Source of the DNA: Centroscyllium fabricii
Lineage: Eukaryota
Direction of reading: 5' to 3'
Assembly: GCA_051313645.2 (NCBI GenBank)
Contig: JBNRSN020000010.1
Coordinates: forward strand, 76,880,001-76,944,000
DNA: 64,000 nt
Shown: positions 11,755 through 25,600 of the stretch, in pieces
Position numbering within the stretch: the stretch's first letter is position 1
Layout: the number at the start of each line of letters is the position of its first letter
Program-made: the position numbers and the translations under genes
The notes under the pieces: model-generated
The model's database searches: none
Told to the model about the DNA's origin: nothing
Seen by the model: only the letters and a program-made list of their open reading frames with translations

Positions 11755-11909
11755 ATGTAGATGGAGCAGATGTAATTCAGTTTCCATTTTGGAGCAATGC
11801 CTAGTCTTTTTTTATACTTGGGATTTGAATTTACTTATAGTTAAGTAATAAAATTGACTGCAGTTTGCAAAGCAGAGTAGGTTGGGAAAGGAGTTACTGT
11901 ACAGGCCGA

Positions 11910-12143
11910 GACCTTGAGTCTAGGTTCAGATCGGTCATGGCCCTGTGGGTAGTGGAGCGAGCCCAGGGACCGTGTAGCCTGATCCTGCTCCTATTTTGTG
12001 TGTCTAATTCTGTTAGATTCAGGAGGTGGTTCTGTGATAGCAGATTGGTGGTTAGGATCAGATCAGTCATGATCTTATTGAATGGCGGAGGAGGCGCGAG
12101 GGGCCGATTGGCCTACTCCTGCTCCTATTTCTTATGTTCTTAT
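11910..12143 (+). mobile_element. CR1-derived 3'-end fragment with two tandem tail motifs (second copy at 52655-52928)
   Basis: Two ...gcct(g)a(t)cctgctcctatt motifs, ending ttcttatgttcttatg. Confidence 0.75.
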
Positions 12144-13317
12144 GAGAAGATGCAAAATTGAGGTGCTATAGCACCAACACTGACGGGAAAGTGGAATTAG
12201 AGCATGACAAGCTTACATAAGTAGTTTCCATTAAAAATGTGGACACAGGAATTTATAATGGATAAAAAATGAAACAAAAGTCTGACAGAAACGTAATACA
12301 AAGTAAGGTTTTTAAGACTAGAAGTGAGCAGTAAGCTTTTTTATATATTATAAATAGTATATGCTTAATTTTGTGCCCATCACATTCTGCTTTACTCTGT
12401 TTAAAAACTGTATGTATGTTTAATACAGTAACTACAAAAATGAAAAAAACTTCTATAAAAAATAGAAACTAACAGGCTGTGTAGGAAGTCCTTCACTCTC
12501 CAGGTTTAGGCTGCTTCAAAATACAGTCTACTGAAAACATTTATCAAGACCACCATGTTAGTGCATTCATCATTTTACCATCTTGGAAGAAGTGCCTGGA
12601 TAATCAGTGTATGCTAATGACCACTCAACAAGACTCAGCTGCAAGAGGTACATGATAAGTCTTTCCATGTGGTCAAACAACGTGCTGGACAACCATTTTT
12701 CATCAGCCAATCATGGAGATAGGTGAGGTTGTGGCAGAAATGTTCCAATGCGAGGCCAAGAGAAGCAATTTTAACTGGGCTATTCACCAAAGAATCATAT
12801 TTTGAATTGTGTGTGAGGTGGTATACTTTGGAAATAAAAAGGACAGATGGCAAAGCAATCTAAATGGGGGGACAATGCAGGGACTGGGGGGAGGGAAAAG
12901 AGGTAGATGAATGAAGCAATTTTGGGGTCCAGATATATATGTCATGAAATCTAGCTTCCAAATGCAAAAAGCAATCAAGAAATCTCCTGGGATGCTGAGT
13001 TTCATCACGCGATATTGAATCTCAACAGAAGTACCTGTACTTTGGCAGTTTCCAGAGCTCTGGTGAGACCGCATGGGTTTGGTTTTGGGTAGGAAGGATA
13101 CACTAGCCTTGGAAGAAGTCCAGAGATGATTAGTAGAATAATACCTGGGATAAAGCAAGTTCGGTATGATGAGAGACCGGGTAAGCATGGCTTGTGTTCA
13201 CTAGAGATGAGAATGTTAGTGGTTGTTTAAAATAATGAAGGAAATTGAGAAGATAACAATTCTTCTTCCTAGCAGGGGTATCCAGAACAAAAGGACATCA
13301 TTTTAAAATTATAATTA

Positions 13318-13445
13318 AAGAAAGAACTTGCATTTATATAGTGCCTTTCACAACTTCGGAGCGTCCCAAAATGCTTCACAGCCAATGACGTACTTTTGAA
13401 GCGTAGTCACTTTTATAATGTAGGAAAAAGCAGCAGCCAATTTGC
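13318..13445 (-). mobile_element. Deu-domain SINE (SacSINE1-like) 3' fragment
   Basis: aagaacttgcatttatatagtgcctttcac...cagccaatttg, shared with the longer copies. Confidence 0.7.
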
Positions 13446-13509
13446 CAGGTAAAAGTAAATCCAGGAAAAGTTTCTTCACAAAATGGGTTCTGAAAATGCA
13501 GGATAACGT

Positions 13510-14257
13510 GGCCCGTAATTTGTGGTGGGTAATAACGGCAAACTAATATCGTTCGCCATTATTACCCCTCTGAAACTGACCGCAACTTCAGGATTTAGCG
13601 CATGCACATTTAAACGTGGAAATCCTGAAACTGCGGTCAGTCATTCACTGCTCCGAAACTAACTGTGCTGTGGAGCCGCTTGCCCCTCCTCCACACACAT
13701 AGCCGGCAATTAGTGTAATCAGTGAAACTGACAAACTGTTGGGCTTTTCCATGGTAATAACGCCGTTAAATACCCCACTGAATGTTAAGCCTTGTTGGAA
13801 TAGGTGTAACTGGGTTTAAACAGCGTATTGACTAGTAAAGAAATGTTATTGCCCTAAAAAACTAATTTTTATATCTGTGGATTGTCAAATTTTGCCATTA
13901 TGAGAAAAATTACAATTTAAAAAAAACTTAAATGATATTTCAGGTTCTACCTTATCCTGTGAGAGTCCCAATCTTTGTTTCACTCTCTAACATTTTTAAA
14001 AGTCCAGATAAAAGCAGCTACTCATTTCTTGGTTTCCTGTCTGTGAAAATTCTGCAACGTGATTGGCTGCTTAGACAGTTGTTGATGTCACACACAGTAG
14101 CATCGCACTAGGGATTCCCACTTCAGAGCACTGAAATCAAATGAACACCAATAAAGGCAAACTACTTGCCACAGAGATCACAAGATCTCTGTGGGCATCT
14201 TTCTTCGGGGCCTGCAGCGAGTGTCTTTGCTTCGCCACTGACCGCAAATTCCGGGCC
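13510..14257. mobile_element. Harbinger-like MITE family B (partial copies at 32215-32600 and 36676-36770)
   Basis: TIRs GGCCCGTAATTTGTGGT / ACCGCAAATTCCGGGCC; interior shared with the 32215 copy. Confidence 0.7.
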
Positions 14258-15490
14258 ATTGCTTCAGAAGGCCATAGAAGTAAATCTAATTGAGATGTTA
14301 TATGGAAGATGAATACTTGAGTTGAGGCAGGAAGTTGGGATTATAAAGAGTTGTCATGATTAACAAAATGTTAGAGCGGGATCTTATGTCCCCGGAAGTA
14401 AAAGGCCAGTGTCTAACCCACTATACCACAAAGCGCCAGGCTTCAGATTAACAGCAGCCAAACTCAAAGGAAAAGGGCATTAAATTAAGCACCAGAGTCA
14501 GTTCCCTTTTTGGGTTAAAGCAAAATAATTTTCCAGATACCGTTCATATAGTAAGGGAATAATAAACAAATCAAGGGACATTTCCCCATAATTTCTCCAT
14601 TTACAGACAGATAAAAAGGTAGATGTTGTGCTCGATACAAATTCCCATTTCAGCAGTTCTCTTAAACTATAAAAAAAATCTAGATAAGGCATCTATCACT
14701 TGACCCTGTAATCACAGAGTAAACCTTTTAACACTGTTAGGTCAACTTTTTAGTAGCAAGTCTACTCCTGCTCCTATATTCTATGTTTTACAAGAGGAAT
14801 ATGATGGTATGAACACATAGAGAGATAACTTGAGAATTCATTTTCTCCTCATATTGGGAAATAGCAGGGCAGTGGAATTAGTTATGGATTGCTCCAACAA
14901 AGACCGGACAACAGCCACAATGGGCCAAATGGCCTCATTCCAATTACTTTTCTTCCCTACAGCCATTGCTTTCCATGAAAACAGACTCCAACTCAGCTTC
15001 ATCTTAAATTAAGTCAACTATTAAATCCAGCAAATGCTCCCTTATTGGCATACTTCTCTATTTTTCCTGCTCCTTCTTAACATTTTGTATGACTTATGTA
15101 CCCACCTTTTACCTTTAACCAATTTTATTGTTAAGCCAATTATATATACACACCTTCTCCTCTGGTAGATCAACCTTCAAGCTTGAATAGCTTGTTCCTT
15201 ATATTCCCCATATAATCACTTCAGTTGATCAGTTTTATAATGATTCCAGCTTCCAGGGACTTGTTTTATTGATTTGTACCTCCTAATTTCTTAATGCCTC
15301 ACCTCCCTTGTCATGAATACTCACTCCATTCTACTATTTGATTTTCATCATTCTCCATTTAACACTTCACACTTGCGAGCCCACACCACCAATAGTTTCA
15401 ATATTTCCCAATTGTATTACACAAGCTCTAGTTCAATTTTTTAGCTTTCTATTTAGGCATAATGCCAATTTTTAAAATATAAAGTCCATG

Positions 15491-16311
15491 GGGGTGAGTT
15501 TAATTCAGAAGTCGGGTAGGAGGCGGGACTACAACTTTCGGGGTTGTAGTCCCGCCTCCATCGAGATGCGGCCAAGCCACGCGATTTTAACTTGATGGAC
15601 CTTGTTGAGCTTGCCCAGCGGGCTCAGCAGGCCAATTAAGGGCCACCCAGCAACAGGTGACGTCAGACTGAAATTTCATCTGTCAAGCAGTTTTGACAAA
15701 TGAAATATCGGCGTTTCACAGCTGTTAGAAGCTGTCAAACACTGACAGTCTTACTTCTAACCTGAGTTCTTCTCCACAGACTCAATTAGAAATCTCTCCT
15801 GCACAGAAAACTGCAGGCTGTCACTTTTGACAGTTCGCAGCCATTCTGCTTTCTGTGCCAGTGAGATGAGGGACTCCCGAGACCTAAAGGAAGGAAGGCT
15901 GAAAAGGTAAGGAAAGGTAATTTAAACTTCTTTAAACACACCAAACACACTTACCTTTGCACTCATGCACACATCACTCACCGAAACACTGACATCTCGA
16001 CCCCTCAAAGTCCTTCAACCCGGCGGCCCGACTCCTCTAACTTGGTGTGGTTTGGAGCCATCGGGAATCCCACACTTCAACCTTTAAAATAGGGATTAGG
16101 CTAAAAACTGCCCGTTACCTAACTGTTAACAGGCAGTTCATTGACACTAATCCCTTCCTGCCTCGGGTAGACAGGTCCCAGTGCGGGGCGGGTACCCGCC
16201 TCCTTTGAAACTGGCATAGAGATGGGTTTGGGTGCGGGATGGAATCGGGAGCCCTGATTCGTGTATGTTAACCCCCCGCACGGCTCCAAGGTACACTGAA
16301 AATCGAAGCCC
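15491..16311. mobile_element. GC-rich Harbinger-like MITE
   Basis: GGGG...GCCC ends, flanking ATG/ATG 3-bp duplication, CpG-rich subtermini within AT-rich DNA. Confidence 0.55.
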
Positions 16312-16559
16312 ATGCCTTTGCTAAATCCATTAGAAAAATGTTCACTAAATTATAGCAAATTCTCAAATTCTTTATGCAATGAACAAAGACAACATTATTT
16401 AGCTATTGGAAAACAGCAATGTTACTATCCTGCAATTTTATAACTATTTCCTTAATTCCTTTTCTAAAAGTGAGCCAGGAATGGCCCAGATTCAATCTCT
16501 GGTGTCTGCTGAGTTAGCTGATCTCAAAGCCCCTAGTTTAGGAAACAGAAAATCACATA

Positions 16560-17335
16560 GGGGGGGATTTTCATGTCCCCGTGAGGCGGGGTTTTCGGCG
16601 GTCCGGCCGGCAAAATAGCGGAACCGGCAGGTTCCGCCCCTCCCCGCCGCTTTCTCTTTTTCGCCCGCCCAGATTCCCCGCCCCGAAACCTTCCCGCCGC
16701 CGGCCGGCGGGGATGGGTTGTCACCTCGTTAAGAGCCCCTAATTGGCATCTTTAAGGGCCCTCAGCCATTTTGCCCTGTTTCCCGCCCTAACCCTGCCAC
16801 CCTGCTGGTTATTACTGTTGGACTATAACCTGGTGTTGTGTGACTTCTTGCATTTATAACTTTCTCCTTCAAGGTGTGAAGGACATACTGCCAAATGCTT
16901 GGCATGCCTCCAGCATCTTAGAGGAGTAAGTTACTCCGTTCTGGCTGCAGCAGCAGCTGTGAGCTGAAACTGATAAATCTCAGTTCTGCACAGCTCCTGA
17001 CAGCCGCTGCGAGTTGAGGGATTCTGAGCCCGCCCGCCCACCTGTCAGTCACCAGCACTTGACCTTTCCCATTGGCTGTACTCCACTGTGATGTCACAGT
17101 GGAGAGTTTCCATGGGAACTGACAACAACCAGTGCTGGAACTGTCAATCAAACTGCTCGCAGCCCCGCTGCAGCCCGACTCGAATGACCTAATTACCTCC
17201 CGCATCCGCCGACGGGGATTTAACAACCTAATTAAACTAAAATTGCGTGGCCTTCCCAGCTGTTTGGGCAGGCGGGGCCAAAGGCGGCCCAGACCAATCC
17301 CGCCAGGTTCCCGCCCTTCCGGCAAAATCCCCCCC
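16560..17335 (+). mobile_element. Family A element, copy 2
   Basis: GGGGGGGATTTT ... AAAATCCCCCCC; ATA duplication; colinear with 10913-11740. Confidence 0.88.
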
Positions 17336-18097
17336 ATAGGGTTTATCTCCCATCTGCTACCCAGCAACTGTGCAAGTAGAGATTGGGTGCAGACAAGATA
17401 ATGGCTCGTAATTTGCGATCAGCGGCGAAGGAAAGGTGCTCACTGCTGGCCCCAAAGAAAGCTTTCAGAGAGTCACCGTCTAAAAAGCTTAGGTACAAGA
17501 TTGCAAGGTGTATTTCACCAATGAATACATGGAAAAGGACAGGGATTGTGTCATTTCTGTACATTTATTAAAAATATGGTGATGTGAGCAAGAAAGAAAA
17601 ATGTCAGCCAAAAGAGACTTGGAAAAAAAATGCTGGAGCTATTTGATTGGTTTGTTTTGTTGTTGGTTTCAGATTGCTCGTTTAAAAAACAAAATGAGTG
17701 ACTGACTGAATGATTCTGTGGTGCCTGCTCATGGTGGACTGGTAGCTTTTCCCACTTGTCTTGCCCACAAATGTTTTGCAAAAAGTCTGAAAATATATGG
17801 AGTGTAGAGAAAGGCACCTCGTACAATGGGCTAGGAAGCAATCTTACTGTAATAGACAGTGTGGGGGGGGGGGGGGAGGTTAAGAGGAGGAGGGAAACTA
17901 ACAGCCTAAAGCTTATAGGGCACAGGAGAGGAGGTCAGGTTGGCTGCAACTGAAAGTGTCAGAATCAAAGCTTCACAGTGGTTCCTCCCATGGAAGTTAC
18001 TAATTTATCAATTGTGTGAAGAGTATAACAAATGAAAAATATACACTTTTCATAACTGTATGACTGATTAGCTGTATGTAAACCAGCAGAGACTTAC

Positions 18098-18163
18098 CAA
18101 CTGGTACCTCTAAAATTATATCAGGTGTTTTGTCATAGCCCTTCGCACGCAGTTGATCTTCAT
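18098..18163 (-). CDS. CDIN1: CDIN1 coding exon (66 bp, exon 9 equivalent): (D)[21 protein letters not shown], containing the PD of the PD-(D/E)xK nuclease-like domain
   Basis: gtatag|ATGAAG...CCAGTTG|gtaagt; near-identical to human [22 protein letters not shown]; visible inside ORF 18000..18266. Confidence 0.97.
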
Positions 18164-21100
18164 CTATACAAATAAGACAAAGATGAAGTGAATGTAGCAG
18201 TGGATTAGTAAAAAACTGCATATCCCCATTTCGATGTAAAACATTAATATTTAGGTGCATATGCAAAACACAAAAAAAGTTACATCAGAGCAGAAACAAA
18301 ATGTCCTCGCAATAGCTACAGCGCTTTTGTTACTTAAAAAAATTAATGAAGAGCCAGTTTTAATAAATGAAAAGAGAGACACCGATATTAATGGCTTATT
18401 AAACATTCAAAGTAACACATACAAGTAATTAATTGTGTGGAATTGTATTGCAGCACTCTGGAAAATAAACACAAGTGAATCATCATTTTGGCGGTTTCCT
18501 GCCTTTTTAAAAAGAGAGAAATTGTCTAGGGTGTGATCTGGTCACCACAAGTTAAAAAATAATCAGGCAGGTTACAGTGCACACCTCCAAAGGAATTTGT
18601 TGATTTTCCTTATATTTAAATGAATGGAAGGAAAATTGGCTGGGTTCCTTTACAGGCATGAGCTCTGACTTGTCCAATTTTCCAATATTTACTTTGCTCA
18701 AGTGATCCAGTGCACCTGGGCGCAGGTACAGGAAAATCTCCCTATTAAGCTTCGAGTAATGATCAAATTAAATATATAATACACAATTTCTGAAGGTTCC
18801 TCTGAGGACTTGATGAAAAACAAGAAAGCCAATTCTCAGATACCCTTTTATCTGGTATTACACATCAAAACACTTCCTCCTGCTAACTCAAACAGCAGTG
18901 TAAAAGTGAAAATGCTGCCTTTTTACACAATATTAGCTTTCAAATTTAATTCTGACAATGCAGAAGCATCCAAGTCTATGTACTATTTAAATACAAAAAT
19001 ATTTGTAACCCTGGCAATTGTCAGCATGCTCTGTTCTTGTCCAGTCAGTAGAGCGTCCTTGACTCTAAGTGCCTCTCTGTTATTATTTCTGAAACACCTG
19101 ATTTCTCCATTACATTTTGGGTGACCTGGTCATTCAATTCCAGACATGCCTTTCTGTCTTCACCCAACCTAAACTAATAGCTAAAACAAGTAACAGAGAA
19201 GGTTGTGTGGTCTCTCTTAACACCTACTGGGCTGTTGACATTGCGGTACAGCCTACTCTCCTTTTCACATCACCTCTGATTAAAATTAATGGCCCATTCC
19301 ACTGCTGGGTAGCCAATTTCCAATCCATTTATCAGCAGAGGACAGTACTTTCATGGCCAATGTTCTGAAACTCTGACAGTTTTGCTGTTGTGCCTCGTAA
19401 CAAAATTCCAAGGTCAACACAATTTCACGTCCAAATAAATTATATGCCTTTAATTTAACTATTTCTGGGTTTTTATTTGGTAGATAATTAGTATTTGCCA
19501 TTGTGGCATTGTTCCCTATGAAAATGAAGAATGCAAAAAACAAGTCAATCTATTGGGAGTTCAGTGTTTGGAATAATTTGTACCATGGATTATTGTTCAT
19601 ATAAAAATGTCACTAGGTTTTTCCCCAATGTTTTACTTTTATTTTATGCAAAAAGAATCTTTTCATTGTTACACCCAAGGGTTTTCAGTATTAAAGCATT
19701 TTTTGCCACGTTATCAACACTTACTTCATGCATGAGAGTAAACCTTGAACTTCTCTATCACTATATAAACACCAGTTTTCTGTTTTTGCCTAGAATGCCA
19801 TATTGAATGAACACAGGTCTTTCTCCATGCACATGTTTTTCAGCATATTCCACATATGTTTTGTAGTTTTAAGATAATTGTAACTCAAACAAAAGTTATT
19901 GTATTCAGGAAGAAAAAGCAGCTTAGTATGTGAACAGTTAATGAAATGTGTATCCATTGACATGGGAAAGTACACATCAGACTTGTGTCATTCTTGCAAA
20001 GCATTACATGTGAAAAGTGTCTGTTACACCCGACTGGCTCCAATACCATTTACCTTAATCATGCGGATTCACTCAAATATAGTTTTACAAATTTTGTGTC
20101 TTCCTCAAATATTCTCATGTTCACCAGTGCTGGACACTCCAATAAGCACCCCCCCCCCCTCCCCCATATCTTGCATTACGGAGTGTACCCACACACCGCT
20201 GAACATCTAATTGTATGATCCCATAACCTGGAGTGTAACAATAGTAATCCCTTGTGATATGAACTGAATGTCATCTTACACATGGAACCTCACATATACT
20301 TCTCCAATTTTTCAATTGGCAGACTGAAAACACTTCAAAGAAACAAGGCCAGATACAAATTGTTAAACTGGCTTATTTTATGGTTATAGCAAGTTAACAT
20401 ACTGAGTAACAGTTGGAATCAAAATTCACTTGCTTCACGCTGTTATCCTGAATAAGTAAATTAATAAACCATGATACCTGCCCTGGCTTAGCGGTCGAAC
20501 ACTTTCCTTTTAGCCAGTCTAGAATTAAAACAGCCAAGTCGTACATGGGCTTGGTCGGCTCAGCACTAGTCTTACAATAAACTATATAGAACTTTGCTTC
20601 ATTTTCTCTCAGCAGACCATCCAGTTTTGTTATTTTGACTGCAGGAAATAGGTGGACTGTCCCTCTCACTTCTTCCTGATTCAGTGATTCACCAGTATGC
20701 CAGTCAATAAAACCGGCTACCACCTCCAAACTGGAGTGAAATCTCTGGAGGCACTCGATTCTGGGCTCAAATGAAAAGATCATCCCATTGAGAATGGGTG
20801 GATATTTGTAGGAAACTCAGGGTGAAATAATGAATGAACTATTGTCCGCAGCCATTGTGTCAGCACATCTTCAATACCTGGCTTATTAACAGGTGCATTC
20901 CTCTTTGTCTCAGCGGCTGCAGGAATAACTAAGAAATATTTTAATTCAAAACACACCACTTAAGTGTAACTCATTTCCAAAGCCTGCCTGTGGGGAAAAA
21001 TGGTCAAGAAATCCAATCTGTGACATAGGTAAGTAGGAAAAGCTATAAGCCAATAAACAAGAAGTGAAAGTACCAGTCATGAACCAGAAAACCACACAAA

Positions 21101-22614
21101 GCTATGAAAATCACTCATTTTTTAACCAAAGCTATGGATTAGGATCACTGCCAAAGAAAACCCCCAAATCTATCAATTCGCTTAAATTATTGCTTCACAT
21201 CGTTTTTGACTTTTTTTTAATAAATAAAAACATTAATAACACAATTCTGAAAATCACTAAAAATTTACTAAGAAAATTCACTTATGTTATTAATGCCTAC
21301 AAGAATTCTCCGGTGCCAGAGGTCTGTCCTGGCCATCTAGCTGGGGGGAATTGTGCTTCAGTCTCAGAGTTGGAAATTTAACCAGAGTCGTGGGTGCTCA
21401 GGATTTCCAGCTCAAGTTGATAAATTCTGTACGTGAGTGACAGAGTGTAATAGATAGATAAAAAAAAGAGTTGCAGTTCCCAACCTGCTCCTGTGGAACT
21501 ACAACACATGTGCTATTTGAAAACCAAGCAGACAATTTACTGAAATGTGAATGGACCACTGCCCACTGAAACACCTGCAGGGACCACAAGCTGTCCAAAT
21601 CCTCCCCATGCCTAGTGCTCAATAAACCCAAGTATCTGTGCCCTGACTTTGGGGCTGTTCACACTGAATGCACAGTATATTATCAATGTACTGAACTGCA
21701 GAAGATGCACATACCTTCAAATACAACATAATGAAGAAAATATGTCAACTTTGCTCAATTCAATAAAAGGAAAATGTACCAGTAATCAGGCTAAAATTCT
21801 GGTGCTTCAGGAATGTGCTGTACCAGGGCAGACAAAAAGTTCAATGGCTATTCCAAATGCTACACACAATACACTGAATGATTCTTTCTGTTGTAACATA
21901 ACAATTTCTGCCGTGATAATTTATGGTCGAAGATGGGCAAAAGTAAATTGTAATTCTGCATTAAAAGGCATTTTAAATTTGATGCAGATATTTTATATTT
22001 GTGCTTTAAGCGACACCACAAATGTTTATATTAGTGGGAGAGAAAATAAAACTCCAGAATTAATTATTTATTCAGAAAGACTTTCAAAATCATTACAAGT
22101 CTCTCAGAATTATATAAATTGCTTTCTATAAGCACAAACATGCATATGTCCAAAGTTACTGCACAATTCTCCACCCCATGAATTGACTAAGTAACCTCTA
22201 GTTTATCTTCCTTCCGGAATACCTTCTACACATCAGATAGCTGCTTCTTCCAACTCAATTTCTTTGATATGTAAACCACCTCTTAAGTATGTTTCCCTGT
22301 GCTACATTTTAAGTCTTTGAAGGCAAAGATCATGTATATAATCTCAGGATAGCAAAAGTATTACAGAAGCGGATATTAAAAAGGTATTTTTCCAACTACT
22401 TATTCCATAAAATATTAATTACAAGGTTGTACGTGTACTGTATATAAGAGTATTAGGTATCTGATTTCCTGTCTAGTCCTAAATCAATAGAAGATAACAT
22501 GCACAGCATCAATCATCTCAGCTCTTCTTTCAGCCTTACGGATACACTGCACATATTGCACTTTCCCATCAAGTAAACAGCTGTGAAATAAATGGTTTTC
22601 GATCAAATTCTTAC

Positions 22615-22682
22615 CTAAAAAGGACAGTTTTTTTCTTTGCAATTTTTCACAAAGCAGAGTTTCATGTTCCTGTCCAATAGCA
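22615..22682 (-). CDS. CDIN1: CDIN1 coding exon (68 bp, exon 8 equivalent): AIGQEHETLLCEKLQRKKLSFL
   Basis: ctatag|TGCTATT...TTTTTAG|gtaaga; matches human [22 protein letters not shown]; phases 2/1 fit the neighbouring exons. Confidence 0.95.
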
Positions 22683-25600
22683 CTATAGGTAGTAAGTTAA
22701 GGAAAGGATGGATGTTGATGCACAAGACTGCAGCGGTGGTTGGGTTAGATTTGTTGCCTTATAATGGTCAATATTTTTAACTGCGCATTGCATTGGAAGA
22801 ACAATAAGAAAATCAATGCTGGTATAAAGTCGACCTACATTAACCCTTTGTGGGCCACGTCAGCTGTTTTGGATTGAAAAACACAGGTTCATTTTTTGTT
22901 AAATGGGAAAAGTTAATTTTAAGAATACTGCTAAATAAATCACATATTGTGGTTGTATAGCTTGTTCTACATTACTTTAATTAGAATTTAAAAAAATCAA
23001 AAATAACCTGTTCAACAAATAAACTATAAGAGCAAAATTAAGAAAATTATTTCAAGGGGCATTTTAAAATCTTCCAAAGAAATTCAGATTTCAACAGGTA
23101 AATGTACAGATCAAGGAAAACACTAAGGGAGCACAAAAAAGCACAATATGTAATGCTCAATGTACAATGTATTATGGTACTGAACCAGGTTGATTAGAAA
23201 GGTCTGAATTTAAAGTCTGTGGTCTATGCTATTAGCCAATCCCAGCCAGGGCATTGATGGGCCATTATAAATGACCTCATGGCCTGGAGGCTAAAACGGC
23301 TGATATTGGCTAGGGAATCCATTTCTGATTTATCTTCCTGCATGCAGTGGTTGCCATGTTTATCCACATAACAACAGTAACTGCACAATGTAATTCATGC
23401 TTCGTAAAGGAATTTGGAATATTTCTGAGGGGCGTGATGAGGTGCTGAAGGTGTGTGAACTTTTGAGTGAAGACAGGATCAAGCTTGCCTGTGAAACCCC
23501 CATGACTGACTAGCCCACTGGCACTCGCTGATTAGGCTCAGGTGAAGAATGCCACTTGAGCAAGGTACCAATTAACTGCCAGTGCCTACAGAACCATATT
23601 CTAGCTCAAGTCATTGCCTTCAGGCGAGATGGGATAAGGAGACATAATGGGAAGGAAAGAGAGAAGAAAAAAATGAAATAAATGCAGACTGTATACCATG
23701 CACATAAAAATACCACTTACATCCTGCTTACACATTAACTGATGCATTTAAAAACCTGTTGCGTCATTGCTACATGGTCTATGGGGGAAAAGCATGTAAA
23801 TGTCATACAGCCATATCTTCCTCAGCAACTTCCCAGAAATAACCTAATATTCCTGAAAAATCAGTCTCCTGGCATTTATGCTGAAGTTGACTTCATTTTG
23901 TTGTTGCTGCTTCACATATGTTTAGATAGTTATATTTAAAATCAATATACAATCCTTCACAAGACATTATCGTTTTAAAATCTTAACTTGAAATTGATTT
24001 TTTTTAAATCATCTGATCTACTAAAGCTATAGCGCTTTTAATATTAAATAGGTTTGACAGTCTTCATTAACTAATAAGGTGTCTAAATACCAAATTTATA
24101 TATAAACTGCATTCACTTAATTTTTTTGAAGAAATACTGTATGAAGAATGCATAATTTCTTCTCAACACTTTTTACAAATAACATATGTATTATACAAAT
24201 ACACACACCCTTAAGTGGGCTGTAAAAATGTCCACTTACTTGTTATGTTTCCTCGTAATGTCAATGGGTGGCGCTCGAATAGGTATCCCAATGTTAATTT
24301 CATGACCTACTTGTATTGCCTCCCTGTCACATCACCAAGTGCACTCTTCCCCAGAAATTATTCAAAATGTTTGGAGAAAAAAATTCAGCTTACATTTTTC
24401 TTTCTCAGTAACTGAATTTTCTGATGAACAAAGTATGGTTTTAAGCAATAAAAAAATACATATATTAATTAAACTGTTTTTTGACTCAAAGCCTTTAGAA
24501 AGAAAGTTAGCAAGAGGCAGGGGTAAAACATGCAATCTTTTGCAAGTCATCAATGAAGTAAACTCTTTGCAGTATGCCAGGTTGAAAGGATCACCAAGAT
24601 GATGATTGCATTTAAAGAGAAGTCATCCTTTTATGAGATAAACTTTCCCATCTGTTTTTTCTGTTTATTTCTTAAATACTATTGTTTAAAATACTGAATT
24701 CCGACAATATCATCAGGGGTATCAGCTCTGAGGATTTACTGATAGACATAATTAAGAGAACTGAATTCATAGCGGAGTTGATGGCATTTTTATATTGGGA
24801 GGCTTGAGCTGTGCATATGTTAGTTCAGTTTCCCTCCTTCAAAATGTTACCAGTACTCACTGTTTAAACCATTTAAAAACAGAATTGGCCACAACAAAAA
24901 TGAAACAATATCAATCCCAATTTTTGATCTTTAAAAGCATCCTGATGGCAGAGGGCCTGCTTATGGCAAAAACCTGAATACATAACAGCTTCACACAAAA
25001 TTTAGCATAAAGCATTTCTGCCTCAATGCTGAACAGCAACATCAAATCTAATTCACTGTACTAATCCATGTGAATGATCTACTGCATTGTGGGAGATTTT
25101 AGGCATACCATAGCGGTAGACTGAATAAATGCAACTGGTAATCAGTGCGTTAGATGAAAATAACAATGTATTGATGTGCACTGGTTATTAAATGTTTGTC
25201 AGGGTTTTTTTTTTGAAAAGCAGCAACTGTCAATAGCTGATGTGCAAGAAACTCGTTGCTATCATGAAATGACTTTAGCAGGGGGGCGTTATCAACACCA
25301 CTAGACAGGATCAAGTAAACTGTTTCTAACCTATCAATCAACGTAGATAATTTTACACTGTTGTACTGATGCACAACATCAAAATATATTTTTCCAACAT
25401 CCCTTTGCTTGGAGGCTACAATAATGAATTATTCCCACAAACCTGCTTTTTGTAATATAGTAACACCAATAAATAAAATCAGTTAGCCTGGATTTACACA
25501 GATGGTTGTTGATGTTATGTCTTGGGATGTAGTATCCCTCTGAATGAAAAACCTGCTCAACCCTCTCAACTCAATGACATGGGAAGGAAGGAATAATCAC

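Larger units (their letters stand above)
12600..14345 (+). mobile_element. Ancient, highly degraded CR1 3' region interrupted by a Deu-SINE fragment and a MITE
   Basis: Remnants ctctggtgagaccgc, ggaagaagtccagagatgatt and tttcttcacaaaatggg. Confidence 0.55.

Noticed and set aside
1-18097. Next CDIN1 exon (AVEGHIIHWIESK...) and upstream exons 1-3 beyond 47434
   Set aside because: No matching sequence found by eye; presumably outside the window, though a diverged copy could have been missed.
21649-22131. 160-aa ORF (and 20394-20783) in unique DNA
   Set aside because: Non-ATG or AT-rich composition, no recognisable domain; consistent with chance intronic ORFs.
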